Assembly: GCA_038897215.1 (NCBI GenBank)
Contig: JAWAWX010000001.1
Span: 800,001-864,000, forward strand
Reading direction: 5' to 3'
Length of the DNA: 64,000 bases
From: Acidilobaceae archaeon
GTDB lineage: Archaea > Thermoproteota > Thermoprotei_A > Sulfolobales > Acidilobaceae
Position 1 is the stretch's first letter. Each line of letters starts with the position of its first letter. Under the pieces are notes generated by a model that was not told the DNA's origin, did no database searches, and was given only the letters and a program-made list of their open reading frames with translations. Positions 28,901 through 37,080 of the stretch are shown piece after piece. A program made the position numbers and the translations under genes.

Positions 28901-30081
28901 TCTCTCAGTCTGGCTGCGACCTCCTCGGCTTTCTCCACACCCCAATCGCTAGGGACGAAGACGAGAGTCCCCTTGCCTAGCTTTTTAATTATCTCTATTG
29001 CCTCCTCTACCACGTCACCGCTAGCTATCAAGTACGAGTCTATGACGTTTCTCAGCCCTATATCGCTCCTGCCTCCCGCCTCGAAGCCTAGGAGAGCTCT
29101 GAAGACTCTCGCTTTAGCTCCTCGAGGTCTGCCTGTAGCGCTACTGACTATGAGAGACGAGACCTCTCTTCTCTTCGCTTGAATCTCTCTCCTCAGAGTC
29201 TCCCTCTCAGCCTGTAGCTGGCTTAGCTTAGCTCTGAGCTCCTCTCGTCTCTCTCGAGAAGCCTCAGCTAGGCTCTCCGCGATTCTAGCTATTTCTCTCT
29301 CTATCTGCAATAGCTTAGAGCCGAACTCTAAGTCCTCGTCGCTGAAGCCCGCTATCTTGAGAACAGCGCTTATCGACTTACCGCTTTTCAGCACGGCATC
29401 CACATCGTCTACGAAGAGGAGCCTGAATCTCGCTGCTCTGAGTATATCGGCGTTCCTTCTGGCGTAGGCTACTGTGGTGATGAGTATGTCGAAGTCTCTC
29501 TCTTCGATCGCTCTCGAGATCTCTCTCTTCTGAGCCGCGCTCATCTTACCGTGAATGCTCAGAACCCTGACGAGGTCTCTGCACCCAGAAGCTTCAGCCA
29601 TCGCCTCAAGCTTCTCTCTCATCTGTCGCACTAGAGTTACTGTAGGAGCGATTATGTAGGTCTTCTCTCTCTTAGCACAAGCCAGGTAGAGAGCTAGGAC
29701 GAGCCCCAGAGTAGTCTTACCCATCCCCGTGGGGGCAACTATGCTGAAGCTGTCTCCTCTCACGAACCTCTTAATCCACGTTCTCTGAGCTCCCCATGGA
29801 GGAGCGCCGACGCACTTCTCGAAGAACTCGGAGACTCTTCGAGTCTCCTCTTCTAACGCGTAGAGCTCCCTTAAAGACCTCGAGGTGCCCAGAGACTCGA
29901 GAGCTCTGACCACTGAGTTGAGGTCGAGAGAGCCTCTCGAATAGAGATCAGCCGCCACTTCCGGTGGTAGGCACTCATCGCAGGGAAAGCCCTCAGCTAA
30001 TCTGTGCTCAGTATTGGGGCCGCTACAGTTAGGGCAGGACCAGCGGTATATCCCTCTACCCGGCTCTTCTCTCCAACCCAT
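25948..30081 (-). CDS. rgy: Reverse gyrase
   Basis: N-terminal CPNC..C..C, APTGMGKT, DDVD, QASGRTSR, VESPNKA, TDPDTEGE, SAGRVQ, ITYHRTDS, GIGRPSTYA. Confidence 0.97.
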   Translation of the reverse strand: MGWREEPGRGIYRWSCPNCSGPNTEHRLAEGFPCDECLPPEVAADLYSRGSLDLNSVVRALESLGTSRSLRELYALEEETRRVSEFFEKCVGAPPWGAQRTWIKRFVRGDSFSIVAPTGMGKTTLGLVLALYLACAKREKTYIIAPTVTLVRQMREKLEAMAEASGCRDLVRVLSIHGKMSAAQKREISRAIEERDFDILITTVAYARRNADILRAARFRLLFVDDVDAVLKSGKSISAVLKIAGFSDEDLEFGSKLLQIEREIARIAESLAEASRERREELRAKLSQLQAERETLRREIQAKRREVSSLIVSSATGRPRGAKARVFRALLGFEAGGRSDIGLRNVIDSYLIASGDVVEEAIEIIKKLGKGTLVFVPSDWGVEKAEEVAARLREAGVNAQAYHSRTPFAVFEKFQKGEVDVLVGVAHYYGPLVRGIDLPEIVKYSVFVGVPRYKFPLAVGEIEPNPLALARVAELIAELGVPEVSDEARRILGELRRLLRKYTQGYLGYVIDMIKAGAESDERVRRAASTILKALDFAKRALANPEVIEKIKERSDVGVVFENGRTYILIADVSTYIQASGRTSRLYAGGLTKGLSVVVADNVNVLRRLIARSRYIADIKWVDFRSLAGELDKIVEEIELDRRRVAEILRKPEKPLERRELVKTSLLVVESPNKARTIAYFFGRPSVRILQGGLRAYEIALQNRVLVIAASGGHVYDLVPASGERELSIAARSLKNPADIFGVIVGESGERTAYVPVYSSIKTCLVCREQFAEDSESCPRCGSRLFRDSKTLIEDLRRLAWEADEVLIGTDPDTEGEKIGWDLAVLLRPFNKNIKRLEFHEVTRQAILQALENPRELEERLVEAQIVRRIEDRWIGFALSPLLWCDFWRNYYCASIDASPRRSEREAEACQRLRYNYGLSAGRVQTPALGWVVKRTSEATRKVSLFILKRSDTGEIFITIREDELKDPATVRALKELANRQRRGEEVLAEAKVRISSSRWVTIPPPPPFTTDTLILEASRRLGFGAPETMRLAQNLFEWGLITYHRTDSTRVSERGMEVALEWIKQAYGELAESLYVPRRWSERGAHEAIRPVRPVDANALQILIEEGSIEIPGTLTQRHLRLYDLIFRRFVASQMREAEVRETVYLIDVSGEILEVSRITELPSDRVKLGFLNVLREAVNVQNPLLPREMEESLLAGRQAFASIVYRVLEKKVSSTMPYTQGELVEEMKKRGIGRPSTYAKIVERLLKRGYIAPLKKPRGGYIVATKRGKMVYEYLVNLPELAADRLSAIAKHLAIVPSLISEERTRQLEEAMDEIEGGAKTWVQVLDDIYKEVEGLVHVIKSASREAAEETGVSGELAECIALKGATRGGSESAG

Positions 30082-30247
30082 CCTCTCGTCCTTCCGTGTT
30101 TAGAACTTTTAGCGATAGAGGCTGAGATTAAAAAGCCTTAGAGGGAGACTCATCCGATAAGCTGGCAGACGGGGTCTCTCTTCTTCTTCTACATACTCTG
30201 CTATTAAGGCTCTATTCTTCAAATGGTCGCAAGAGGTGTTGTGAAGA

Positions 30248-31324
30248 GTGGCCGAGCTGTTTTACGTGGTCGGCGGGGGGCCAGCGGGAGCCGGGGCAGC
30301 GCTCGCGGCATCGAGAGCCGGGTATAGGGTAGTGGTGCTCGAAGCTTTCGACCGTCTGGCTTTCAAGCCGTGCGGTAACGCTGTCCCAGTCCTAGATTCG
30401 CTCGTTTTGAGAGTGCCCAGAGAAGCCGTCTTGAACAGAGTCAGGAGGGCTAGAGTCTGGATCGACGGCGTCCCCGTTTTCGAGAGCAGAGGATTCGTTG
30501 AAGGAGTCGAGGGCCTCGTAGTCGACAAGGCTCTCCTGCTCGAGTCCGCTTTCGCTGACGCTAGAGCAGAGCTGGTTCTAGGAGCAAAGTATGATGTGAG
30601 GAGAGGAGTAGCCAGAGTCGGGGGCGAGATCGTAGACGTGAAGACGGGGGTATTTGCTGGAGGCTTCCCATACTACGATGGAGAGAAGGTTCCCATAGTT
30701 CAGAGCATAGTCAGAGGAGTCAGAGACTTCGACCTAGACTCTGTGGAGATACACTACGACTCGAGCCTCGTAGGGTACTATTACGTGTTCCCCTACGGCG
30801 ACAAGCTAGAAGTCGGCGTGGGGGGCTACGCTAGCCCCAAAGAGCTCGAGGCCATGCTTTGGAGATTCCTGGAGAAGGACAAGAGGCTGAGAGCGGGAGC
30901 CGTAGAGTCCACCAGATTCTCCCAGGTCTCTGTCGGCGGCCCGAGACCGGGGAGAGTCAAGAGCCTGGCTAAAGCCGGGGAGGCAGCTGGCTACGTCTTC
31001 CCCCTAACTGGGGAGGGTATCAGACCCTCTGCTCTCAGTGGCTACATAGCGGCGAAGGCTGTAGCAGAGGGCAGAGACTACGTTAGAGAGCTCGAGAAAA
31101 GCTGGGTTCACAGAGCAGTGGCCAGGCAGAGGAGGCTACTCGAGATAGCAGCAAGCCTCAGCCCGGGGGAGAGAGGGGAGCTCATGAGGAGGCTCTCTGC
31201 GAGAGAGCATGCTGAGATAGCTCTAGCATCATTCAGGCTCAGGGAGCTCCTCTCAGCGATCATAAAGCTGGCTCTCTGGAAGCCTCGCTTAGCTCTCTCG
31301 GCTTCTAGAGCGGTCCTGGCGTAG
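30248..31324 (+). CDS. FAD-dependent oxidoreductase, geranylgeranyl reductase family
   Basis: GGGPAG, KPCG, GYYYVFP, GEAAGYVFPLTGEGIR. Confidence 0.85.
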   Translation: MAELFYVVGGGPAGAGAALAASRAGYRVVVLEAFDRLAFKPCGNAVPVLDSLVLRVPREAVLNRVRRARVWIDGVPVFESRGFVEGVEGLVVDKALLLESAFADARAELVLGAKYDVRRGVARVGGEIVDVKTGVFAGGFPYYDGEKVPIVQSIVRGVRDFDLDSVEIHYDSSLVGYYYVFPYGDKLEVGVGGYASPKELEAMLWRFLEKDKRLRAGAVESTRFSQVSVGGPRPGRVKSLAKAGEAAGYVFPLTGEGIRPSALSGYIAAKAVAEGRDYVRELEKSWVHRAVARQRRLLEIAASLSPGERGELMRRLSAREHAEIALASFRLRELLSAIIKLALWKPRLALSASRAVLA

Positions 31325-31377
31325 ACGCGGGGTCAGCTGGGTAAGTTCTCGTCACGCCTCAGTCCGGGAGTATCTCC

Positions 31378-31662
31378 TCACCCCCCGGCCGCACTCTGTC
31401 TCCGCCCTCTCTCCATCATAAGCTTGCTCATGAGAGCCCACAGACTGATCCACAAGAAGAACGCTCCCAGAGAGAGGACAGTGAAGACAGCGCTCAAAAC
31501 CCTATCACCCGTATCCAGGCTCTGCAGAGACAGCTTCACGAAATGCGATAACAGCACTATCCCCGCCCACCCCACGAGTACAGCCAGGCCCGGGGGCAGG
31601 GTAGCCAGGAGTATGGAGCGTGGGCGGAGAGGCGGGCGGCGGCGCTCCACGCTCGCTCCCAT
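31378..31662 (-). CDS. Small two-TM membrane protein
   Basis: ATG start, two hydrophobic segments, basic termini. Confidence 0.55.
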   Translation of the reverse strand: MGASVERRRPPLRPRSILLATLPPGLAVLVGWAGIVLLSHFVKLSLQSLDTGDRVLSAVFTVLSLGAFFLWISLWALMSKLMMERGRRQSAAGG

Positions 31663-31720
31663 CGAGTCGAGAAAGCGAAAAGCCTTAAATCACGCTAGGA
31701 GACAAGCGGAGACCGAGAGG

Positions 31721-31828
31721 TTGGCGGACCCGGCTACAGCTGTAGCTCTAGTGCTCGCGGCTATGGCCGTAGCGATAGCCGTCTACAGAGTCGCCAGAGC
31801 CAGGAGAAGCCGGGCCTCCCAGCCCTAG
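31721..31828 (+). CDS. 35-aa single-TM microprotein
   Basis: GAAAAGCCTTAAAT promoter, GAGAGG SD, TTG; MADPATAVALVLAAMAVAIAVYRVARARRSRASQP. Confidence 0.5.
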   Translation: MADPATAVALVLAAMAVAIAVYRVARARRSRASQP

Positions 31829-31888
31829 AGCGGTCTCGAAGCAGGCTAGTCGAAGCTATATGAGGCTCAAGGCCCGCTCCTCTAGACT

Positions 31889-31950
31889 GGGTGCTGAGAG
31901 GTCTCCCTATCCGACTACGGTAGCGTGAGGAAGTTCACCCTCGCTGAGGC
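31889..31950 (+). ncRNA. Box C/D sRNA (targets not identified)
   Basis: C GTGCTGA 31891, 13-nt guide, D' CCGA 31911, C' GTGAGGA 31925, 12-nt guide, D CTGA 31944. Confidence 0.6.
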
Positions 31951-31985
31951 GAGGGACATCTGGAGCAGTCGCCTCGGTAGCTCAC

Positions 31986-32047
31986 GCTGGCAGTGATGTA
32001 AGGAGCAGGACCTGACGCGTGATGAGCTTGTGTGCTCCTGAGCCAGC
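31986..32047 (+). ncRNA. Box C/D sRNA, double guide to 16S rRNA helix 28
   Basis: 6-bp terminal stem GCTGGC/GCCAGC; C GTGATGT, D' CTGA, C' GTGATGA, D CTGA; guides AAGGAGCAGGAC and GCTTGTGTGCTC complementary to conserved archaeal 16S sequences (recalled). Confidence 0.88.
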
Positions 32048-32367
32048 TGTCCGCTCTCCGCTCTCTCAAATCCTAGGGTGTGGAGCGGAATCAGGCAACG
32101 CTCTCTCCGAGACCCCAGCGTCTCCCGAGAGGCTGCTGGATGCAGCATAGAAGACACGTTTGCTATACGATTCTTCACTACACCGGCATGCTCAGAGCGT
32201 GGAGCTAGGCCCGGTTTGCGGTATGCCGCAGACCTCACGAAATCCTAGATAAAGCGGGGAAGCTCGTGGAGCTATCGCTACAAAAGTTGCCACCATCAAG
32301 GCGGGAGAGCGAGCCCTAGGCTCTCGCTATAGGCTCTCGCCCGTTCTCCCAGTCTGGGACTCCGCCC

Positions 32368-32571
32368 GTGGATCTCGAGAGCTTCAGGGTTGTCGAGAGC
32401 AGGGTCGTGGTTGAAGAGCTGGGAGAGCTGAAGGTGGCTGTGGATGAGTACCTGGAGGTCTACGTGAATGGGTCCAGGTACTCGGCGATAGTCCTGAACC
32501 CCGCTCACCTAGAGGAGACAGTAGTGGGCGTCTTATTGGGCGACGGTATCGTCGAGTCTAGAGGAGGCTAG
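32368..32571 (+). pseudogene. fdhD: FdhD N-terminal fragment
   Basis: VAVDEYLEVYVNG..I...P..LEE..VG.L..DGIV, then a stop at 67 aa. Confidence 0.7.
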
Positions 32572-32851
32572 AGTGGTAGCGAGAGACCTGGAGATGCAGG
32601 GCAAGACCGTCTACGGCTTCAACCTCGGAGGCTACATAGGCGATGGCGTTAGATGGATATACGCTATATCCAAGGAGAAGGCTGACCACGTGCTGCCACT
32701 AGTTCTCCCGAAGGTGCCCGTGAACATCAACAGAGTGAGAGACACGATAGAAGCCATAGCCCCGCCGGTCTTCGGAGCTGCTGCTCTGGTCGCCGCCGCT
32801 GTCCTAGCTCTGTCCTGGTGGCGCGCCTCGAGATCGGGTGAGAGAAAGTGA
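32558..32851 (+). pseudogene. C-terminal remnant of a formate dehydrogenase Fe-S (FdnH/HybA-like) subunit with TM anchor
   Basis: LEEARVVARDLEMQGKTVYG..WIY..LP..P plus a C-terminal TM helix; no Cys clusters; coupled to the cytochrome b gene. Confidence 0.6.
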
Positions 32852-33573
32852 AGCATGTGGAGAAGATAGAGCTGATGAGCATCCATTACAGAGTAATGCA
32901 TATGATCAACCTAGTTCTCTTCACTATATTGGCGCTCACAGGGGCTCTGATCATGTACTCTGACGACTACGCCATACTGCAGACCATGCTGAAGCCTCTG
33001 GGAGAGCCCGTAGCCGTGTTCATGGGCTTAGACCCCGACGAGTACGCTGTCTCGTCAGCCCTCCTGCTGATCAGAATAGTGCACAGGATCACAGCGTTCA
33101 TATGGGGCGTATTGGTGGTCGTCTACATTCTAGTGCTTCTACTAACGAGAAACATCAGGGTGTTCGACGGCCTCTTCAGGAGCCCCTCTATAGTAATAGC
33201 TGAAGCCAAGGCAGTCATACTGCACTATGTAGCCGGAGCCCCCATACCCGAGGAAGTCGAGGCCAGGATGGAGAGACACAACGCTCTAGTAGGGCTCGCT
33301 GTCATACTCCTAGTGATCGGAGCCGGGCTACTAGCCGTATCGGGCACCGCGATGGTACTACTAGACCTGACCCCGGAGCAGTACAGGCTCTTCCTCACAC
33401 TCCACGATATAGGCTTCTATCTGGCCATGACGTTCCTGATAGCTCACCTCTTCGCCACACTCCACCCAGGCAACCTGCCTCTCCTCAAGGCGATGTTCGG
33501 AGACGGGAAGGTCAGCCTGGAGTACGCTGAGAAACATATGAGAGCCTACCTGAAGAAGATAGGGGCCATCTAG
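32848..33573 (+). CDS. Cytochrome b subunit of formate dehydrogenase/hydrogenase (FdnI-like)
   Basis: Four TM helices with heme His: R.MH.IN..LALTG, IVHR, TLHD, IAHL; KAMFGDG.V..EYA..H. Confidence 0.82.
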   Translation: MKHVEKIELMSIHYRVMHMINLVLFTILALTGALIMYSDDYAILQTMLKPLGEPVAVFMGLDPDEYAVSSALLLIRIVHRITAFIWGVLVVVYILVLLLTRNIRVFDGLFRSPSIVIAEAKAVILHYVAGAPIPEEVEARMERHNALVGLAVILLVIGAGLLAVSGTAMVLLDLTPEQYRLFLTLHDIGFYLAMTFLIAHLFATLHPGNLPLLKAMFGDGKVSLEYAEKHMRAYLKKIGAI

Positions 33574-33579
33574 CTCCAC

Positions 33580-33625
33580 GACTCTATCTCTCTTTCTCCC
33601 TTCCTCTTTCCCCCTCCTCTATTTG
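33580..33625 (+). terminator. Pyrimidine-rich terminator
   Basis: About 45-nt almost pure C/T tract after the cytochrome b stop. Confidence 0.45.
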
Positions 33626-33670
33626 CTCACACCGCTTCTCGAAGCATTAGCGAGGAGAGAGGACTCGTAG

Positions 33671-33747
33671 TGGTGGGCCCGCGGGGACTTGAACCCCGGA
33701 CCTCCGCCGTGTGAGGGCGGCGTCCTGCCAGGCTAGACGACGGGCCC
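33671..33747 (-). tRNA. tRNA-Val(CAC), CCA encoded
   Basis: GGGCCCGTCGTCTAG..CCGCC-CTCACAC-GGCGG..GGTTCAAGTCC..GGGCCCACCA. Confidence 0.96.
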
Positions 33748-33794
33748 TCCTCTCTACTCGCTCTATGCTAGAGTCTAATAAGCATTAGATGCCT

Positions 33795-35153
33795 CTAGTC
33801 ACCGAACACTGACCTCTGTCTGCAGATAACGCACATCCTCAAGTATCTGGCCTCTACTCCGGTTCTCCTAAGCCTCTTCTCGACGTTCTCCACGAGCTTC
33901 TCGGGGCCTAACAGTGCTCCGCACTTTACGCATCTAGCGAGGGGGCTCGAGGCCAGAGTCCTTCTGGCCGAGTCTGGCTTGTAGAGCCACTCGACTCTAG
34001 CCGCTCTCTCCGGGCATACTGCTTCGCACTCGCGGCAGCCTATGCAGAGCTCCGGCTCGAAGACTAGAGAGGCTGACCTCTCGTCCTCAGCCAGGCTTAG
34101 GGCTCCTGTGTGGCATGAGTTAACGCAGGCTCCGCATAGAGTGCAGAGCTCCTCGTTGACGAAGATCTCGCTGGTTAGCGGGAAGCTTAGAGAGAGTTCT
34201 GCTCCGCGCTGCGATAGAACTAGCCGGGAGAAGGCTCTAGACCTGGTAGGGTCTCTGTTGACTGAGGCGAACTTGAATCTCGGCTCTCGGAAGAGCCCCT
34301 CTCTGAGCTCGCTCACGCTCTTGTAGCCTGAGACTAGGCCCGCTTCCTCTACCTCCTTCAGCCAGAGCGGGGGGCTCTTGTAGACCACGTGAGGAGTGAA
34401 GCCGTAGCTTGCTAGGATCGCTACGTGTATCGGCGTTAGAGCTCTCGCAGACTCCACGGGGAGTAGCACTGTGGGGTGCTCTGCCTCGATGGAATCAGCC
34501 TCGGCTAAGTCTCTGTAGCTCGCTATAACCACGTGAGCTGGCTCGAGAGACCTCTTTCTTAGAGACTCGCAGAACTCTCTAACAGACCTCCACGTGAGGA
34601 GGGGGGAGGATATAGCTTCGAGAGGGCAGACGCTGTAGCAGACCCCGCAGGATACGCACTTGCCGTCATCGACCTCGGGGGGCTTGCCGGAGAGAGCTCT
34701 CGAAGGGCAACGGGATACGCAGAGAGAGCACCTCTCTAGGCTCGAGCAGAGAGTAGCGTTAACCACAGGCTTGTCTAGCAATACTTGAGCAGCGTACGGC
34801 CCCCGGGTCAGGATGCTCCTCCTGCTCACAACCTTCTCGGGCTCCAGAGCTCTCCTGGCTTCGCGCCACCTAGACTCCGAGATCTTGGCTAGCCTCGCTT
34901 CAGCCAGATCTTCTAGAGTGAAGACTCCCCGGGAGAGTCTAGGCTCTATGCTTGCATCCACCAAGTCTACTAGAGCTTCGTAGACTCCTAGGTCTTCTAA
35001 GAGAGCTCTGACTTCCCCGGCTCTAGAGAATGCTTTCTCAGAGACCACCACGACGGGGGGCTCTAAGCTCGGCGACTTCTCTCTCAGCTCCTCGAACCCG
35101 GATACCTCTATCGCTCCTCTCAAAGAGACCCCGACGGCTATCAGTGACCCCAA
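33795..35153 (-). CDS. Multi-[4Fe-4S] polyferredoxin-like protein
   Basis: Four CxxCxxCxxxC(P)-type motifs plus C-terminal CxxC..CxxC. Confidence 0.85.
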   Translation of the reverse strand: MGSLIAVGVSLRGAIEVSGFEELREKSPSLEPPVVVVSEKAFSRAGEVRALLEDLGVYEALVDLVDASIEPRLSRGVFTLEDLAEARLAKISESRWREARRALEPEKVVSRRSILTRGPYAAQVLLDKPVVNATLCSSLERCSLCVSRCPSRALSGKPPEVDDGKCVSCGVCYSVCPLEAISSPLLTWRSVREFCESLRKRSLEPAHVVIASYRDLAEADSIEAEHPTVLLPVESARALTPIHVAILASYGFTPHVVYKSPPLWLKEVEEAGLVSGYKSVSELREGLFREPRFKFASVNRDPTRSRAFSRLVLSQRGAELSLSFPLTSEIFVNEELCTLCGACVNSCHTGALSLAEDERSASLVFEPELCIGCRECEAVCPERAARVEWLYKPDSARRTLASSPLARCVKCGALLGPEKLVENVEKRLRRTGVEARYLRMCVICRQRSVFGD

Positions 35154-35256
35154 CTCTACGAACCCAGGTAGAGAGCCCCGCCTACGCTATTAATCTTCTA
35201 GCTATTAAGCTCCGCGTCCTCGACTAACCGAGATTCTAGGCGAGAGGAGTTCGGAC

Positions 35257-36486
35257 ATGTCTGCGAGAAAACTCGGAGTAATAGGAGGGGGCTTCGTGGG
35301 AGTCAACGTGGCCGTCTTAGCGGCTCTCAGAGGCTTCGAAGTCGTGGTCGTGGACACGAATAAGGAGGTCGTGGAGGCGATCAACAGAGGAGACTCTAGA
35401 GTTAGAGACTACTTCGTCGAGGAGAACTGGGGTAGAGTAAGGGATAGGATAAAGGCTACTCTAGACTACTCAGAGCTCTCCGACGCTCAGAGGATAGTAG
35501 TGGCTGTCAACACCCCCCTCAAGGCTCACGGTAGAGAGCTAGTGAAGCTGATCGAAAACGATGAGATAAACATGGATAGCTACATCGACCTGAAACCTCT
35601 AGAGGAAGCAGGGAGGAGACTAGGGGAGGTCGTCAAGCCAGGCACGCTGATAGCATCAGAGACTACCATCTACCCAGCTGGCACAGCTGAGAGACTAGTG
35701 ACATACTTCGTAGCAGTAGCTGGGGAGAGCGTAGCGGAGAAAGTCTCCTTCGTTCACTCTCCCGAGAGGCTGGTAGCGGAGAGCAGAGAGTGGACAGTGG
35801 CCAACATACCGAGAGTAGTGGGCGCCTTCGACGCGGAGAGCTTGAAGGATGGTGTGAGATTCTATTCTGAAGAGCTACAAGTGCCTGTAGCCAAGGCTAC
35901 CGGCATGCTAGAAGCAGAGCTATCGAAGCTACTGGAGAACGCGCACAGGCTGATAAACATAGTCTTCGTTTCCGCGGCTAGAGCGGCCACTGCTCTCACA
36001 GACATAGACTTCTACGAGACTCTAGAAGCGGCTGCAAGCAAGCCCTTCGGCTATACTCCATTCAATCCAGGCTACGCAGGAGGCCCCTGCCTGGTCAAAG
36101 ACTCGGTGATGCTGTACGTTTGGATGAAGTCTAGAAACGTTCACCGCTACTTCACAGACGTCCTCAGACAAGCGATCATAGCCAACGAGTACTACGTCTT
36201 ATTCCTAGCGCTCCGAGTAGCAGACCAGGCTAGGAGGAGGAGAGCCAAGAAGATCCTCATCCACGGCCTAGGCTACAAGCCGGGCTCTAGGAACTTCATG
36301 AGCGAGGACGTGAACATAGCCTGGAGGATCAGGAGAGAGCTCTCAGACCTGGGCTTCGACGTCAGAACATTCGATCCAGCGATACCGGAGAAGAGCGACT
36401 TCAAGAGCTACGAGGAGGCGAAAGCGTGGGCAGATATGATTGTAGGGTGGGGGAGAGAGGGGGACGTGAGGCTAGAGAGAATCTAG
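35257..36486 (+). CDS. Nucleotide-sugar (UDP-GlcNAc/ManNAc-type) dehydrogenase
   Basis: GGGFVG, VNTP, ETT, SPERL, AELSKLLEN, GGPCLVKD, GLGYKP. Confidence 0.88.
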   Translation: MSARKLGVIGGGFVGVNVAVLAALRGFEVVVVDTNKEVVEAINRGDSRVRDYFVEENWGRVRDRIKATLDYSELSDAQRIVVAVNTPLKAHGRELVKLIENDEINMDSYIDLKPLEEAGRRLGEVVKPGTLIASETTIYPAGTAERLVTYFVAVAGESVAEKVSFVHSPERLVAESREWTVANIPRVVGAFDAESLKDGVRFYSEELQVPVAKATGMLEAELSKLLENAHRLINIVFVSAARAATALTDIDFYETLEAAASKPFGYTPFNPGYAGGPCLVKDSVMLYVWMKSRNVHRYFTDVLRQAIIANEYYVLFLALRVADQARRRRAKKILIHGLGYKPGSRNFMSEDVNIAWRIRRELSDLGFDVRTFDPAIPEKSDFKSYEEAKAWADMIVGWGREGDVRLERI

Positions 36487-36863
36487 CCTGGCAACACGGG
36501 CTCCAGCTTCTCCGACACTATCCCGACTACTGGGGGCCTCTTGTACTGTCCCGTGATAGAGTAATAGATCCCTATCAGCCAGATGACGAAAATAGCTAGT
36601 CTCAAGATCAGGGCTACGATGTCCCCGACCGCTGGCACCACTCCTATCACTAACGATATCAGGTAGACTATCAGGGCTATCACGAAGAAGGATATGGATT
36701 GCGCAACCCAGAATCTAGCATACCTGTCTTTTCTCCTGGTCAGCAGGAGCACCAGCAAGACTATGATCGCTCCGACCAATCCTAGGAGCCACGCGATGAA
36801 GCCCAGCAGAATGCTATCGATGCCGGGCTTCTCGGAGGAGCCTGGGGTCGTCAACTGCTGCAC
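36483..36863 (-). CDS. DUF4870-like membrane protein
   Basis: Three TM helices, YARFWVAQSI, WLIGIY..GQY..P.VG. Confidence 0.75.
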   Translation of the reverse strand: MQQLTTPGSSEKPGIDSILLGFIAWLLGLVGAIIVLLVLLLTRRKDRYARFWVAQSISFFVIALIVYLISLVIGVVPAVGDIVALILRLAIFVIWLIGIYYSITGQYKRPPVVGIVSEKLEPVLPG

Positions 36864-36934
36864 CTCAATAACCTCCTAGTGCTCAAGACTTAAAAATACC
36901 TTCATCGCGGAAACTGCATTCTCGAGCGAGATAA

Positions 36935-36991
36935 GGCTCAGAGGATAGTCGGTCTTCACCGTGTCAGCGTCGCTCCACCCTCCTCACAGCC
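36935..36991 (-). ncRNA. Box C/D sRNA, guide to the 16S decoding region
   Basis: C GTGAGGA, guide GGGTGGAGCGACG (complement of 16S CGUCGCUCCACCC, recalled), D' CTGA, C' GTGAAGA, guide CCGACTATCCT, D CTGA; short GGC/GCC terminal stem. Confidence 0.9.
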
Positions 36992-37033
36992 CACCGATAT
37001 GTAGCTACTCTCCTCGAGCCTAATCTGCTATAT

Positions 37034-37060
37034 GCTTAAGAACGCACAAAACGCTTAAGC
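37034..37060. promoter_or_regulatory. Back-to-back TATA-like boxes between divergent sRNAs
   Basis: GCTTAAG twice, separated by AACGCACAAAAC. Confidence 0.45.
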
Positions 37061-37080
37061 TCTCCAGAGGACTCTACGAG

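Noticed and set aside
30140-30183. Imperfect hairpin between rgy and the GGR-like gene
   Set aside because: Weak stem, expected by chance in GA/TC-rich DNA
31424-31828. 134-aa plus-strand ORF
   Set aside because: The first part is antisense to a membrane ORF and spans a promoter; only the last 35 codons look real
31915-32238. 107-aa minus-strand ORF
   Set aside because: Overlaps two C/D sRNAs and has no protein-like features
31330-33747. Integrated element at tRNA-Val
   Set aside because: No integrase and no duplicated tRNA 3' end (att site) found by eye
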